NCBI RefSeq assembly: GCF_902459465.1
Contig: NC_047079.1
Coordinates: 8,060,001 to 8,124,000, forward strand
From: Asterias rubens
Taxonomy: Eukaryota
Direction: 5' to 3'
DNA: 64,000 nt
The notes below the pieces were generated by a model that made no database searches, was not told the origin of the DNA, and saw only the letters and a list, made by a program, of their open reading frames with translations. Made by a program: the position numbers and the translations under genes. This document shows, in pieces, positions 48,394 through 62,128 of the stretch; positions within the stretch are counted from its first letter, which is position 1, and the number at the start of each line of letters is the position of its first letter.

Positions 48394-49570
48394 GTTACCA
48401 GTAGAAAAATAGAAAGATAAGAATAAGAACTGAACCGTGAGAACGAATCTGCTCTTGTGGTTAAAACCTTGCCAAGTTTAGGTTGCCAAATAGCTTCAGA
48501 AAATGCCAGCGTCATACAAGTTAATGGAAAACTATAAAGACGGAATAGGGGCCTAAGTAGTGCAGGCAAGCTAAAATTTATCAGCATTAAAAATCATTTA
48601 CTTAATACGATATAGGGCTGAGTATGATTGTCGCTTTTTGATATAGGCGAACAAATCCAAAGTGCCTATTTTACGCTTCAATTCAACACTGACTTCGATA
48701 TGCATAAATAGACAAAGTTAACGTTAGGGTAAGACTTTGACATATACAAACAATTCGCACATTATTTATTTTAACTATTTTTACTATGTGTATGATATAC
48801 AGCGGACATGTGACTTGTGAGGGGGGCTAAAGTGTTGTCTACATTTTAACTTTTAAGTTTTTAAGCTATTTTCTCCGTGACTAACATTTAAAATGTAACT
48901 CCACTATACACGTAGATGATATTGATAAAAAAGGATTAAACTACGCTACATGACAGATGGACTTGAAATTTGGATTCAGCCAAATTTGTAAGATTTAATG
49001 CGACAACAAAAAGTTCTTATTTACTTGGAATCTCTATTCTCTTATTTCGGTTTTATATTTGCGGTTTGCACTGAATTATGGCAACTCCAGAAGCATGCTA
49101 AAACTAATTGCTTGTAAACTATAAAGTCACTGATCTATTCTGTCTGGAGTAAAAATTATGTAGTTATTTGTTTTTTTGGTTCAAATGTTTTGCTGTGTGC
49201 TTCCCACCGGACTTTGTGCAGTGTTTTTAACTAGTTTTATCAAACTTCACTGTTGTATTCAATTATTTTTAAAGGTTAGTTGATTTTGGGCAATTAACAG
49301 CCTCTGTGGCAATTTTGTATATCAATTGTTGTTTTTGACGCAGAATGATTTTACTAAAACCAGCGATGTTGTTTGCATCACTGCATCACATTTTCTGCTC
49401 AGCAGAGTTCTGTTTGTTAAGTTGGTAAACAATTTATACAAAACACCAAACACTGAACAAATGTAACGGTTCAGCAAGTTAAGTCTCTTAAAAATATAAA
49501 TACGCATGCAAAAGAAGAAAATGCGAAAGGCGTAATTTTAATTTGTGTGGCTGACTAAGTGGCTCATATC

Positions 49571-49666
49571 CACGTACTAGTACTGGTTGGCTCTTTGGTT
49601 GGCACTTCTGCACACTTCTGCACACGTAAAGTCACACGTAAAGTGCACACGTAAAGTCACACGTAT
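49571..49666 (-). promoter_or_regulatory. Cluster of five TACGTG (HRE-core) hexamers, four in a 12-13-bp tandem repeat
   Basis: CACGTA at 49571, 49623, 49635, 49648, 49660. Confidence 0.35.
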
Positions 49667-50387
49667 ACTACTTTTCTCTGCATATTTAGCATTTTGGTCC
49701 AGGATGATGCGAGATGGCGAATAGTCGGTCTTATCTGTCGCTGACGTTTCGATATCAATTTAAATTGTATACTGTGCACTTTTAATAGTTACAGAATAAT
49801 GATTAATAATTTGTAAACATTCAAGATCTATGATATTACGCCCCCCCCCCCTTTTTTACAAAGCATCCAGCAGCTCGATCTTGTTTCGGCAAAAGGAAAA
49901 AAGTAATAAGGCCTGTTAAAAATTAATGGCTAGTAAACATGAAGTTATACAACAATTTTAATGAGTCATTATTAGATGTTGAAAAACAATTCTCTGATAA
50001 AAAAAACACGGTTCGAATGAATAAAGGTTCTGTAACACATTGTGTGTTTTTATTTCTCCGTGTGTGTCTATCATATTTGATTTACAAAAGCTGAGCAGAA
50101 GCGGAGCATATCCACAGTGTTAGACAATAGTTAAAGCTGAAGTTTTGTGCAATCACCTCTGTATATTTTAAAATAAACATGGAATCCAACAATTTGCGTC
50201 ATTGTACTTCTTTCAGTTGTTAGTTAAATGGATTTTGTTTGAAATCTATAATGAAACATTTGTAGTTTCCAATTATCATTATTCACCTGTTGCCGCCGCC
50301 CGCCGTAATAATGCTGGATCGACTTATACAAGATTGCTCGTCGATTGGTAATAACTGCACTGAGAAAACGCAAACTATATTTCGGAT

Positions 50388-50605
50388 ATTAATTTTTGGT
50401 TTTTACCCATATACACCGATGTGTGTAGCACTGTATACTCAGTACTTTCCCCGAGTCCTGTGAAAAAATCACAGGCATTTTACTCGGGTGGGATTCGAAC
50501 CCACGACCCTTGCAATTCTAGAGCAATGTCATACCAACTAGACCACCGAGATTGCCCGGTAGCTAGAGGCAGTTCGAATCCTATGTTTAGCAGCGGGTAC
50601 TGCTA
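50388..50605 (-). mobile_element. tRNA-derived SINE-like element, copy 2, with 12-bp TSD
   Basis: Reverse-complement homologue of 15043-15266; flanked by TATATTTCGGAT at 50376-50387 and 50606-50617. Confidence 0.88.
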
Positions 50606-52275
50606 TATATTTCGGATGTTACCCGAATAATTATTTCGAAAGGATGTAAAGCCCATTTATAAATAACTTCACACAATACAAATATTAATCTTTGTTTTAA
50701 GTCCTTCATCGTACTACACGTCCAGGTCCCAGAGATGCTCCCAAGCCAGCAAGGAAATTCAACATGTTTTTTTTTCATATTTATTTATTTTAAAGTTTTT
50801 TCTTTACAATAAAATAAAGGGGGAGGGTGGAATTAATGTTGTTTCGGGGAACAACCACCAAGCTGACACTAAAGTGTTGCTAATTAACATCATCCACTAC
50901 CTTTGTTTACATCCCTGGGCTTAATCTACAAGACTACCACAAATTGATTGCAGTAATTTTGATATTTTGTTTGAGTGATTAATTACAAGTTTGTTGTGGG
51001 GCTTTTATAGCAGAGAACTCTCGCAAGAGGATCGTGCAGCAGTCCATGCCGTCGCATGAGGGCGCTGTTTCACCTCCGCTTCTACGTATGTCATGTATAT
51101 GTATATGTACTGTACATTATGATGGCGCACGTTATGTAGCATGCTGGATGATTTTCACCGCCGGACAATTTCTCGTTTTTGTGGAGACTGCCACTTGGAG
51201 ATTTGCTTTTATCTGTTCTAATATTTTTCGGTGAGTAAAGTAACTAAGTAAATAATGTACCGTACGCGTTTGTACAATAATTAGTCAACAACATGAGAAG
51301 TGTTGTAAATGAATGTACAGACACTGGACAGCCGTCCAGTCAATAGTCATGCATTACTTAATGTAGTACAGTGCATGGGACAATTGCTTACAAATACATT
51401 ACAAATTACACGGCGGAGAACCGGACCACACTACTCCCAAACCGAAATAGTTCTAGGAGTAGGACCACACATGGCACGCACTGAGGCTGAGCTGAATTGA
51501 ATTATATAAAATGGGTCATTCCGTGTTACTTCTAGAAACTATAAGGCTCCCCCTGTGTTTTTCAAATCAGCGTTGATGGGTGAAAGTTTTGCGACCGTTA
51601 CCCAGCCAGAACTGAAGTTTCCTGTGTACTGTACACCTAAAGCATTCCCCATCCTACTCAATATACATTCATAATGCTTGTATTTCCCTTTTGTTGAGTT
51701 ACGTTCTATAATTTCTTCAAAAAAGGCAATTTTCTACTCGGTACTCACTTTTTTTTCCTGCCGCATCACACGTCTTTCTAGAAGTAATTCCGTGTCATCA
51801 GCTTGCATGGCTAGGAATAGTTGCGATAACGTAACCCTCCTGCCGACGGCAGAGCCGGAGGGTTACGAAGCATACTCTGAGTGAAAAAGGCGAAATAGTT
51901 TAGTCAACAGATTTGCTCTAATTTTACACCTTTCCAAATACATGACACAAATTCTACTAGGAACATGAACTTAATTCTCAATATCTAATGAATAACACTC
52001 AAAAACACAATTGAGAAAATATTTTGGAATAAAGCAGGCCTGAATAAAGGGACAAAAACTTAAATGCTAATTATTCTTCTAAAACATGTTAATCTAGTAT
52101 CAATCATTTGTACAAGATGTAGGCCTAAAAAGGCTATGTATTGGACACTTGGCAAACAAAATGCCAATTCCGAGGTGTTTCGGGAAAGGTCCCTAGAAAG
52201 GGGCGTGCGAGTGATAACTTACAAACTGATGTTTCAACTTATATTTCATTTTAGCTCCGATCCTCACAAGAGACA

Positions 52276-55200
52276 ATGAATGGAAATACAGACCACACAG
52301 ATAACAAAAACAGTGGTTCAGTTGAAGAAAAAGTTGTCATCTTAGATGCTGGAGCACAATATGGAAAGGTAAATTAATCCCATGCCATGCTCCCCCTTCC
52401 TTCCTTTCTCTCTCCCCCCCCCCCAACATCCCATTGTTTGGACCTTGACGTTTGACAAGGGGGGGTTCAAAAACAATGTGCTTCAGGAGGATCAACCCAC
52501 GACTAATCCACACAAAACGTTTGCAGTTGATATGCTTGATATGCAAAGTCCTTCTTGAGTTATCGCTCAGACATCTTCTTTCATCTTAACAATATTGTGT
52601 TTTTGTTTTTTCTTAGGTTATTGATCGCAAAGTAAGAGAGCTGTTTGTAGACACAGACATCTTACCTCTAGATACTCCGGCATATTTAATCAAAGAAAAG
52701 GGCTACAGGTAGTACACCTTCCCATCTTAATATTAACAATAAGAAGATTTATTACCTAAGACATTGAATTTAATCATCATTGTGATATTTTGTGTTTGCC
52801 TTTATTTGAAATTAATTTTCTACCCGGTTCATTGCAGTATAATAGTCAATGCCTGCCTATATGCCTGCGGATTTATACCATAGATTATACTGTGAGCAAT
52901 GAGATAAAATAAAACTGTAGCACATGTTCTATATTGTAAATTTGTAGTTTGTACCCATGGAGGAAGGAGATACACTATACATAACCAAGCTAGGGATGAC
53001 ATTCTTGCAAGCCGTATGTTTTTATGAGCTATTTTTTGTTATTGGTTGTAGGGCTATCATCATATCTGGTGGTCCTAACAGTGTGAATGCAGAAGATGCT
53101 CCTGTGTATGATCCAGCCATCTTTCATTGTGGTTTACCAGTTCTTGGGATTTGCTATGGACTTCAGGTAAATCACTATTTGACTTCCTTTGTGCTTATGT
53201 AAAGCAACTTTGAACTACACACTGATATCACTTTGGTGTTTCTGATCAGCGGAGCAGTGGTATGCTAGTTCCCATGTAAAGCATTGGTATGCATGATCCC
53301 ACTGTAAAGCATACTTAATATAACTATGTGTACAGCAGTCCTCAATCAAGTCATGGCATCTAGGTGTTTGGTGGATCTGGATTGGTCAGGGTTAATCTTA
53401 AAGTTGAATTTGACTTGATAAACAATGTTTCCATGATAAAGCAGCAATTGAAATTTAAATGACTTAACACAAATGATTTCATTAAATCGTTAAATGTTAA
53501 TGTAGAAATCTTTTTGACTGTCAGATGATGAACAAAGAATTTGGTGGCACTGTGCAAAAAAAGACGGTTAGAGAGGATGGACAGTTTACCATAAGCGTCA
53601 ATACTGATGTGACATTATTCCGGTGAGTATGGTGAGGGTAGAACACAAGATACATGTATTATAGGTATCAGTTACTCTGGAACCAGCCTTGGCTTCCATT
53701 CAGGAACTAAAAACTTATCGCTTTGGCTAGTAATTGATACTAATAATATTGAACAAACACCAACCCTCAAAAATCTGAGAAATGATTCATGCATAAATCA
53801 TCTCTCAGATTCAAATGTTTTTGGGCTGAAAAATTATCCAAATCATCTTACTTTGAAGGGGAGTTCTTTCTCATTATAGTTTGTACTATCAACAGCTGTC
53901 GTGGTTATCATTTTTGGTTTTGAGTATTATCGCATATGAAGCTGTTATATATGTGCACTTTTATTTATGATATTTTAAGGGGCTGACTTTTTGAAAGGTT
54001 GACATTATTGGTGAACTGTACTGTAATTAAGATACACATTCTTCAAAAGGTCAAGTGAGATGAACTTTGTAAGAGTTTATTATGAAGGGTTGTCAGTATT
54101 GAAACTAAGTGACTATTCAAATATACAAGTAAAAGTTATGCAAGTTAAAGTTTAAGAAAAACATCACTTAAGCACAATGCTTTATTCCGCTTGTACATAA
54201 CACCAAGGAATGTGTAATTATCACAAACATTGTAAGTTCACAACACACATTGTTATAAAATGGTTGGATTGAAACTTGTACTTGAAATTTGCAACAGACA
54301 GATTTTTTATGAAAACCGAAAGTAGACAGTTCATGTCTACAGAAAACTAGATATGGTTAGTTGTGTGTTCAGTGGAACTTACAACCTTTGGTTGTGGTTT
54401 GTATCATCATATTGAGTTTTGTTGTACCTCAGGGGCCTTGCAAAGGAACAGAAAGTACTCCTGACTCACGGAGACAGCTTAAATAAAGTGGCAGATGGTT
54501 TCATTGTGGCTGCTACATCAGGAAAGATTGTCGCAGGTACATATCTACTCTACAATTTTGGGGGTTTAGTGAATTTAAATTTCTTTTCTCTTTGTGTTTT
54601 GTGGTATTTATGTACTATGTTTTGTGAATAATTGTACTTTTATCTTTGTTTTTTGTGTGAATTGCCTAGGATTAGGGATTGTGGAAAGGTATCATCTGTT
54701 TATGCTGGCATTTCCATCTGTTTGTTTCTAACAGCAATTGCAAGTGAGGAAAAACAACTATATGGAGTACAATTCCATCCAGAAGTAGACCTGAGTGAAA
54801 ATGGCAAAGAAATGATGCAGAATTTTTTGTTCCGCATAGCTGGTTTATCTGGGACTTATACAATAACAAGCAGGCAAGATTCCTGCATTGCTGAGATCAA
54901 AGAGAAAGTGGGCTCAAGTAAAGTTCTGGTAAGTTCATTGTAATGGTATAGTATAGGGCTTTTTGTTCTCATTATTTCCCTGGCTTCATTTCTCTTCTTC
55001 GTGCACATTTTTGTTGTTGTGTTGTTGTTTTTGAATTATTTCAGGATCCTTCTTTTACCAATGGTCACAAAGCATGAAGAGATTTTACGGACCCACCTGA
55101 AGCCAAATATGGATGAGATAAAGGCTTGAAAACTAATATATGTTTTGATGACATTGTTTTATTTTGCAGGCATTAGTAAGTGGAGGTGTAGATTCTACTG

Positions 55201-58200
55201 TCTGTGCTGCACTGTTATCCAAGGTAGGGTTAGGGTTAGGGTTGCGCTATTATCAAAGGTAGGGGTAGGTTAGGGTTGCAATATTATCCAAGGTAAAGGC
55301 AAGTACTAAGATATTTCAACACTATTCAATGTCTGTCACTTTCATTGCAAGTCCATCAAACAACTTTCTATGTTCGCACAGTGTGTTGATTATATGATTA
55401 CTATTTATATGGTATGCCCTTCCTACACACATATCTAAGATGCTTCTGCTATAAGATGAGGGAAATCTACATGTAAGTCAGAGTTTCATGTTGGAGTCCA
55501 GTTGAGTACAATTCTTGTATGAGTGTTGTGGTTTTTCTGCTGTTTTAACAACTTGGGCTGTTGATGAATCATAATTGATGTACACTTCTGTTTCCTAGGC
55601 ACTTGATGAGGATCAGGTATTAGCAGTACATATTGATAATGGATTCATGCGCAAGAATGAGACGCAGAATGTACAGGAGTCACTTGAGAGAATAGGTCTC
55701 CATCTTAAAGGTAAAGTCTCTAGCATATCAGAAGTCATTTAAGAATTGGTGCTGCCATTCTCATCAATATGTAACTATTACTAATTACAACAACGAACTT
55801 TAACTGTTTTAACTCGGCATGCAATGAACCATCAATTTGTTTCATTTTCAATATTCTGCCCTAAGTGTGGCCGTATTCTTATATGTGTTGTTACACCTTG
55901 CTGTCTACTTACTTAAATTTGGAGTTTATGTGATGAAGATGTAAAGCGAGCTAAACGAAATCTGTCTGTAACATTCGATACTAACCTAATATGTCTCAAG
56001 GCTCCAACTTGTGTCTTTTTGGATAAGTGAAGTTTATTTCAATCACATACCGTTGAGTGTCTCAAAGGATACTTGGCTTTACAAAAATTGTTACGCCATT
56101 TTGACTCAGTGAAAATCCAATAAAAACCTACACAACTACACTGTTCATATATTCTTGCATTGTTTTTTATTAGTTGTGAATGCATCCCAATCTTTCTACT
56201 GTGGCACAACAACCGTCCCAGTAAAGAAGAACGATCCCAAGTCTGCTAAGCGTACAACTAAGATGCTAAATACAACCAATGACCCAGAGGAGAAGAGACA
56301 GATCATTGGGGATACATTTATGAGGATTGCTGAAGAAGTCTGTATGGAGTTGAACCTCAAACCAGAAGATACCATTTTAGCACAAGGTAAAAGTTGGAGA
56401 TATAAAACAACATTGCACCATCAATCTACACAACACACAAAGGAGGATAGCATTCATCCTTTTATTTTATTTTTTTAGATCATTTGTTTTTGCTGGTGTC
56501 AAGTATCAGACATTTTGTTTGTTCACAGGAACGTTGCGTCCAGATCTTATTGAGAGTGCATCCCACATGGCAAGCGGCAAAGCAGATGCAATTAAAACCC
56601 ATCATAATGATACTGAGCTTGTTCGTCAGCTAAGACGTGAGGGACGCGTTGTTGAACCCTTGAAGGATTTCCATAAAGATGAAGTAAGAGCATTGGGAAG
56701 AGAGCTGGGGCTTCCTTGTGAACTAGTACAAAGACATCCTTTCCCTGGTAAGCAAAATAAGTGTTATTTTAGTTTATGTATTTATGAATATGGACAATAT
56801 TAATGAATTAGTGGAACTAAAGAGATATTTCTGACATAGTTTTGTAATTTATTTGTTATTAGGTCCTGGATTGGCAATTCGAGTCATCTGTGCTGATGAG
56901 CCCTACATGTGTAAAGACTTTGTTGAGACAAACTCTATTCTACACATCTTAGTAGATTACAATGCAGCAATTAAGAAGGTAAGGTTAATTGCTAAAAGGC
57001 AAGATGTTTGTTAATGCTTGTCATGTTTGTGGCAATGTCTGTCTGCAGTTTGTTCATCAACACCCTGGACTTGTATCTGTTGATTTATTTCAAGGCGTTT
57101 TATTCTAGTTACTTCTTTTCGTTAAATTCCTCTGAACAATCTTAAATAATATGTGATAAAAAATGTTGGTGTTCAGATGATCTCTACAACTTTCAGTTTT
57201 ATTTTAAAGAGGGAAATTTGTCATCACATAGATGAAAGACTTGGCTGTTATGACCAGACCTTTAGATATCTAATTGAAATGATGTAGAGTCTGTAAAACC
57301 TATACAATGTAACATCCGCTACATTTAGGGAGCTTTGTTTCCACACTAAGAGGAACATTTTATTATTTTTTTAGGATTGTTTTTATTTTGTATACAATCT
57401 GATTTATCTGTGTCATGCTTTATGGTGAATTGATCATGTTTGTATTGTGTTTTTCTAAGCAGCCTCATGCATTAATGGGTCGAGTCACATCTTCAATGTC
57501 CGATGAAGAACAAGCTTTACTCTGCTCCATAACATGCTCAGATCAGTACTGTGCAACCTTACTACCTATCAAATCTGTTGGCGTTCAGGTAAGCTAGTCA
57601 CATCGACCCTATACTTCATGTCAAGGTATCTTATAAGATGCTCAGATCAGTACTGTGCAACCTTACTACCTATCAAATCTGTTGGCGTTCAGGTAAGCTA
57701 GTCACATCGACCCTATACTTTATGTTAAGGTATCTTATAAGATGCTCAGATCAGTACTGTGCAACCTTACTACCTATCAAATCTGTTGGCGTTCAGGTAA
57801 GCTAGTCACATCGACACTATACTTTATGTTAAGGTATCTTATAACATGCTCAGATCAGTACTGTGCAACCTTACTACCTAACAAATTGGTTGGCGTTCAG
57901 GTAAGCTAGTCGCATCCGCCCTATACTTTATGTTAAGGTATCTTATAACATGCTCAGATCAGTACTGTGCAACCTTACTACCTAACAAATTGGTTGGTGT
58001 TTAGGTAAGCTAGTCGCATCCGCCCTATACTTTATGTTAGGTATCTTACATTACATGTATGTGAAAATCAGTGTGACTGCCACTGCGAGATCTCAACTGG
58101 TGTGTTTTGTGGCTAAATTTGTTCATCAAGTTATTGTATTTTGAAGTGAGTAAATGAGTAGAAAGATGTTAACTGTAATACAGTGAGGCAATATTATGTC

Positions 58201-61200
58201 AGCTGTTCATTTTTTTTCTGGAGTGGGTAATTATATTTGAAGTTGGTTGATGCACCTCCATCACTATCAATTTGATTAGGAACTATTCCAGCATTAAGTG
58301 CAAGATTCCACTGTATAATGTCTGTAATGGAAAGTTTCTTATTTACCTTTATAGGGAGATGGAAGGACGTACAGTTACGTAGCTGGTATAAGTACTCGCT
58401 CAGATCCTGACTGGGAGAAACTCTTGCTACTTTCTAAGATGATCCCTAAAATATGTCATAATATCAACAGGTATGGTTAGAATCACCTTCAACAATCCTG
58501 TGTTATATAATAGATGTTAAATCGTGTGTTAGCTCTAGGTCCCCTTTTTTTTTATTTATGTGGTTCCCATTTCTGACCAACCCAATGTTTGGCCTTTAAA
58601 ACCAAAACCAAAACAAACCTGCCATCCTGCCTTGGATTTTGTTTAATTCAGTTTCAATAGAAGAAACCAAATCATGACTTGACCCAAGTGACTTGATGCT
58701 CCAACTCGAAACAAATGACTCAACTACAACTCTGGTTATTTCTTTCTAACATTGTCTACCTGTTTTCACTTCCTTTAGAGTTGTTTACATTTTTGGTGCT
58801 CCAGTTGAGGATTCAATAACAGACGTTACCCCCACTCTGCTTACACCAGGTGTGCTGGGCACACTCCGACAAGCTGACCACTTAGCACAAGCAGAACTTG
58901 TCCGAAGTGGTATGTTAACTTTTACTCAACTTAACTTGAATTGAGCTTATACAAAACCTTTGCCAACATATTTTCATATTTTTGACTTCTCTTCCTGCTC
59001 TGTAACTTTGTCCTGATGAATATTTGACAACTTCACATTTTGGTGTGTAACTTTGTTTCTTGTATCTAACCAATTAACAAATATATACTTATTTTAGTGT
59101 TTTGTTTGGAATGTCATGAATTGAATGTATACTTGAAACATGTTATTTAGCTACTATGGTTCTATATATGATTTGAGGCATTGCATGCTGAGGTACCAAA
59201 TGAAATATATACTATTGTCCTACAAAGTCAAAGGGTAAATCGTAAATATATTTAAATAGCATTTACTTCTGTAGGTCTAGATATGCTTTCTTACTGATAC
59301 TGTTATAATTATTATCGGAATATAGGTTTGCTATAATGAAATATATACTATTGTCCTACAAAGTCAAAGGGTAAATCGTAAATATATTTAAATAGCATTT
59401 ACTTCTGTAGGTCTAGATATGCTTTCTTACTGATACTGTTATAATTATTATCGGAATATAGGTTTGCTATAATGAAATATATACTATTGTCCTACAAAGT
59501 CAAAGGGTAAATCGTAAATATATTTAAATAGCATTTACTTCTGTAGGTCTAGATATGCTTTCTTACTGATACTGTTATAATTATTATCGGAATATAGGTT
59601 TGCTATAATGAAATATATACTATTGTCCTACAAAGTCAAAGGGTAAATCGTAAATATATTTAAATAGCATTTACTTCTGTAGGTCTAGATATGCTTTCTT
59701 ACTGATACTGTTATAATTATTATCGGAATATAGGTTTGCTATAATGAAATATATACTATTGTCCTACAAAGTCAAAGGGTAAATCGTAATTATATTTAAA
59801 TAGCATTTACTTCTGTAGGTCTAGATATGCTTTCTTACTGATACTGTTATAATTATTATAGGAATATAGGTTTGCTATAATGAAATATATACTATTGTCC
59901 TACAAAGTCAAAGGGTAAATCGTAAATATATTTAAATAGCATTTACTTCTGTAGGTCTAGATATGCTTTCTTACTGATACTGTTATAATTATTATCGGAA
60001 TATAGGTTTGCTATAATGAAATATATACTATTGTCCTACAAAGTCAAAGGGTAAATCGTAAATATATTTAAATAGCATTTACTTCTGTAGGTCTAGATAT
60101 GCTTTCTTACTGATACTGTTATAATTATTATCGGAATATAGGTTTGCTATAATGAAATATATACTATTGTCCTACAAAGTCAAAGGGTAAATCGTAAATA
60201 TATTTAAATAGCATTTATTTCTGTAGGTCTAGATATGCTTTCTTACTGATACTGTTATAATTATTATCGGAATATAGGTTTGCTATAATGAAATATATAC
60301 TATTGTCCTACAAAGTCAAAGGGTAAATCGTAAATATATTTAAATAGCATTTACTTCTGTAGGTCTAGATATGCTTTCTTACTGATACTGTTATAATTAT
60401 TATCGGAATATAGGTTTGCTATAATGAAATATATACTATTGTCCTACAAAGTCAAAGGGTAAATCGTAAATATATTTAAATAGCATTTACTTCTGTAGGT
60501 CTAGATATGCTTTCTTACTGATACTGTTATAATTATTATCGGAATATAGGTTTGCTATAATGAAATATATACTATTGTCCTACAAAGTCAAAGGGTAAAT
60601 CGTAAATATATTTAAATAGCATTTACTTCTGTAGGTCTAGATATGCTTTCTTACTGATACTGTTATAATTATTATCGGAATATAGGTTTGCTATAATGAA
60701 ATATATACTATTGTCCTACAAAGTCAAAGGGTAAATCGTAAATATATTTAAATAGCATTTACTTCTGTAGGTCTAGATATGCTTTCTTACTGATACTGTT
60801 ATAATTATTATCGGAATATAGGTTTGCTATAATGAAATATATACTATTGTCCTACAAAGTCAAAGGGTAAATCGTAAATATATTTAAATAGCATTTATTT
60901 CTGTAGGTCTAGATATGCTTTCTTACTGATACTGTTATAATTATTATCGGAATATAGGTTTGCTATAATGCCAGTTCAAAAAGTCATAGTTTCATTTTGT
61001 AAATTAAAAATTACTCTCAAATTTGTTACTACATCAAATGATTCTTTGTTTCAAATGAATTTGAGATTGAAACTACTTCTTCCAACTGCTTAGGCTATTA
61101 CAACAAGATCAGCCAGATGCCGGTCATCCTAGTGCCTATTCATTTTGATCGCAGTCCCACAATGCATCAGCCTTCATGTCAACGAAGTATCGTTATACGA

Positions 61201-61574
61201 ACATTCATCACAAATGACTTCATGACCGGGATACCAGCACAACCAGGGAAGCAGTTACCAGAAGAGGTATGAATCAAGAAACCCAAATGTATCATGTTCA
61301 ATTGATTTTGATTTCTTTTAATACAAATTATTGCTTTTAATACTTAAATATGATTAAACTGTTCTTTTTGCTTAGGTCCGTTGATTATATTTGTTTATTT
61401 ATTGAATATTTGACATGTACGAAGTGATTTTGTTTGACCTTTCCAATTCCTCCTTTTTGTTTCCCCCTATAGGCTCTGAATAGAATAGTAGAGAGTGTGT
61501 CGACTGTACCAGGTATATCCAGAGTTCTGTATGATCTGACAGCCAAGCCACCAGGGACAACAGAATGGGAGTAA
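52276..61574 (+). CDS. GMPS: GMP synthase (glutamine-hydrolysing)
   Basis: 16 exons: 52276-52368, 52617-52708, 53052-53166, 53525-53622, 54433-54536, 54735-54928, 55170-55223, 55599-55710, 56174-56386, 56529-56747, 56863-56978, 57463-57588, 58355-58470, 58779-58909, 61094-61266, 61473-61574. Motifs [68 protein letters not shown] probable non-coding first exon ends at 51230. Confidence 0.97.
55209..55298 (+). repeat. About 35-bp triplication of the GMPS exon 7 3' end + donor, containing TTAGGG units
   Basis: GC.CT.TTATC.AAG|GTA... occurs three times (GT at 55224, 55259, 55293), separated by GGGTTAGGGTT-type spacers. Confidence 0.85.
57534..58048 (+). repeat. 104-bp tandem repeat x5 comprising the last 55 nt of GMPS exon 12 + donor + 49 nt of intron
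   Basis: Units start at 57534, 57638, 57742, 57846, 57950; each retains (C/T)AG|GTAAGC. Confidence 0.95.
59199..60970. repeat. 136-bp satellite, 13 near-identical copies, in GMPS intron 14
   Basis: Unit AATGAAATATATACTATTGTCCTACAAAGTC...GGAATATAGGTTTGCTAT; exact period 136 from 59199 to 60967. Confidence 0.97.
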
Positions 61575-62128
61575 TGACATTCTTGCCATCTGCAGGCTGT
61601 CATTCTGCAGTCTGGTCATAATTTGTAGTGTTGCGCTTTGTAGTGTTGCCATTCTGGAGTCCATATTCTGCAATTCAGCGTTCTTCAAAGTTGCATTTTT
61701 GCAACCTGGTGCTCTTTTGATTTTTAGTCCACAGTTTTGTGCAGACAGATTTGACTTACATAATTGTTTCTACTCACTGACAGAAATAATCTTGGAGTTC
61801 ATTGGAAAGTTAAAAGTAGCAGCTGTGTAATTACATGTTTTTGAGTCGCCTGTTTTTGCTTGCAAATCAAGAGAAAAAAAAAGGAAATGAGCCCATTTTT
61901 GACATTAAGCACTGGTATGAAATGCACCATAAATAGATGTTGTTTTACTTTGATATGTTGCAATCTGATGGGGTGGTGTATGTTTCAATTATCTCTTCCA
62001 TTATTTCACTTCAGAGATGCTGATTATTATTAGTGCATATTATTGTTTCAGAGCCAGTACTTGATGGAGGCAATAATTACCTCCATGTATTTGTCATTGC
62101 GTTGATGCCTCTTAAAAGGTTCCTTCAG

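Noticed and set aside
52829-52985. Intronic H/ACA snoRNA candidate in GMPS (strong stem followed by AGATAA, later ACA)
   Set aside because: The stem is too long and one-sided to leave a pseudouridylation pocket 14-16 nt from the H box, and the second hairpin is weak.
55928-56040. C/D snoRNA candidate (GTGATGA box C) in a GMPS intron
   Set aside because: No CTGA box D or terminal stem at a suitable distance.
57534-60970. CRISPR-like arrays (this and the other periodic repeats)
   Set aside because: Head-to-tail units without unique spacers, no cas genes, and spliceosomal eukaryotic context.
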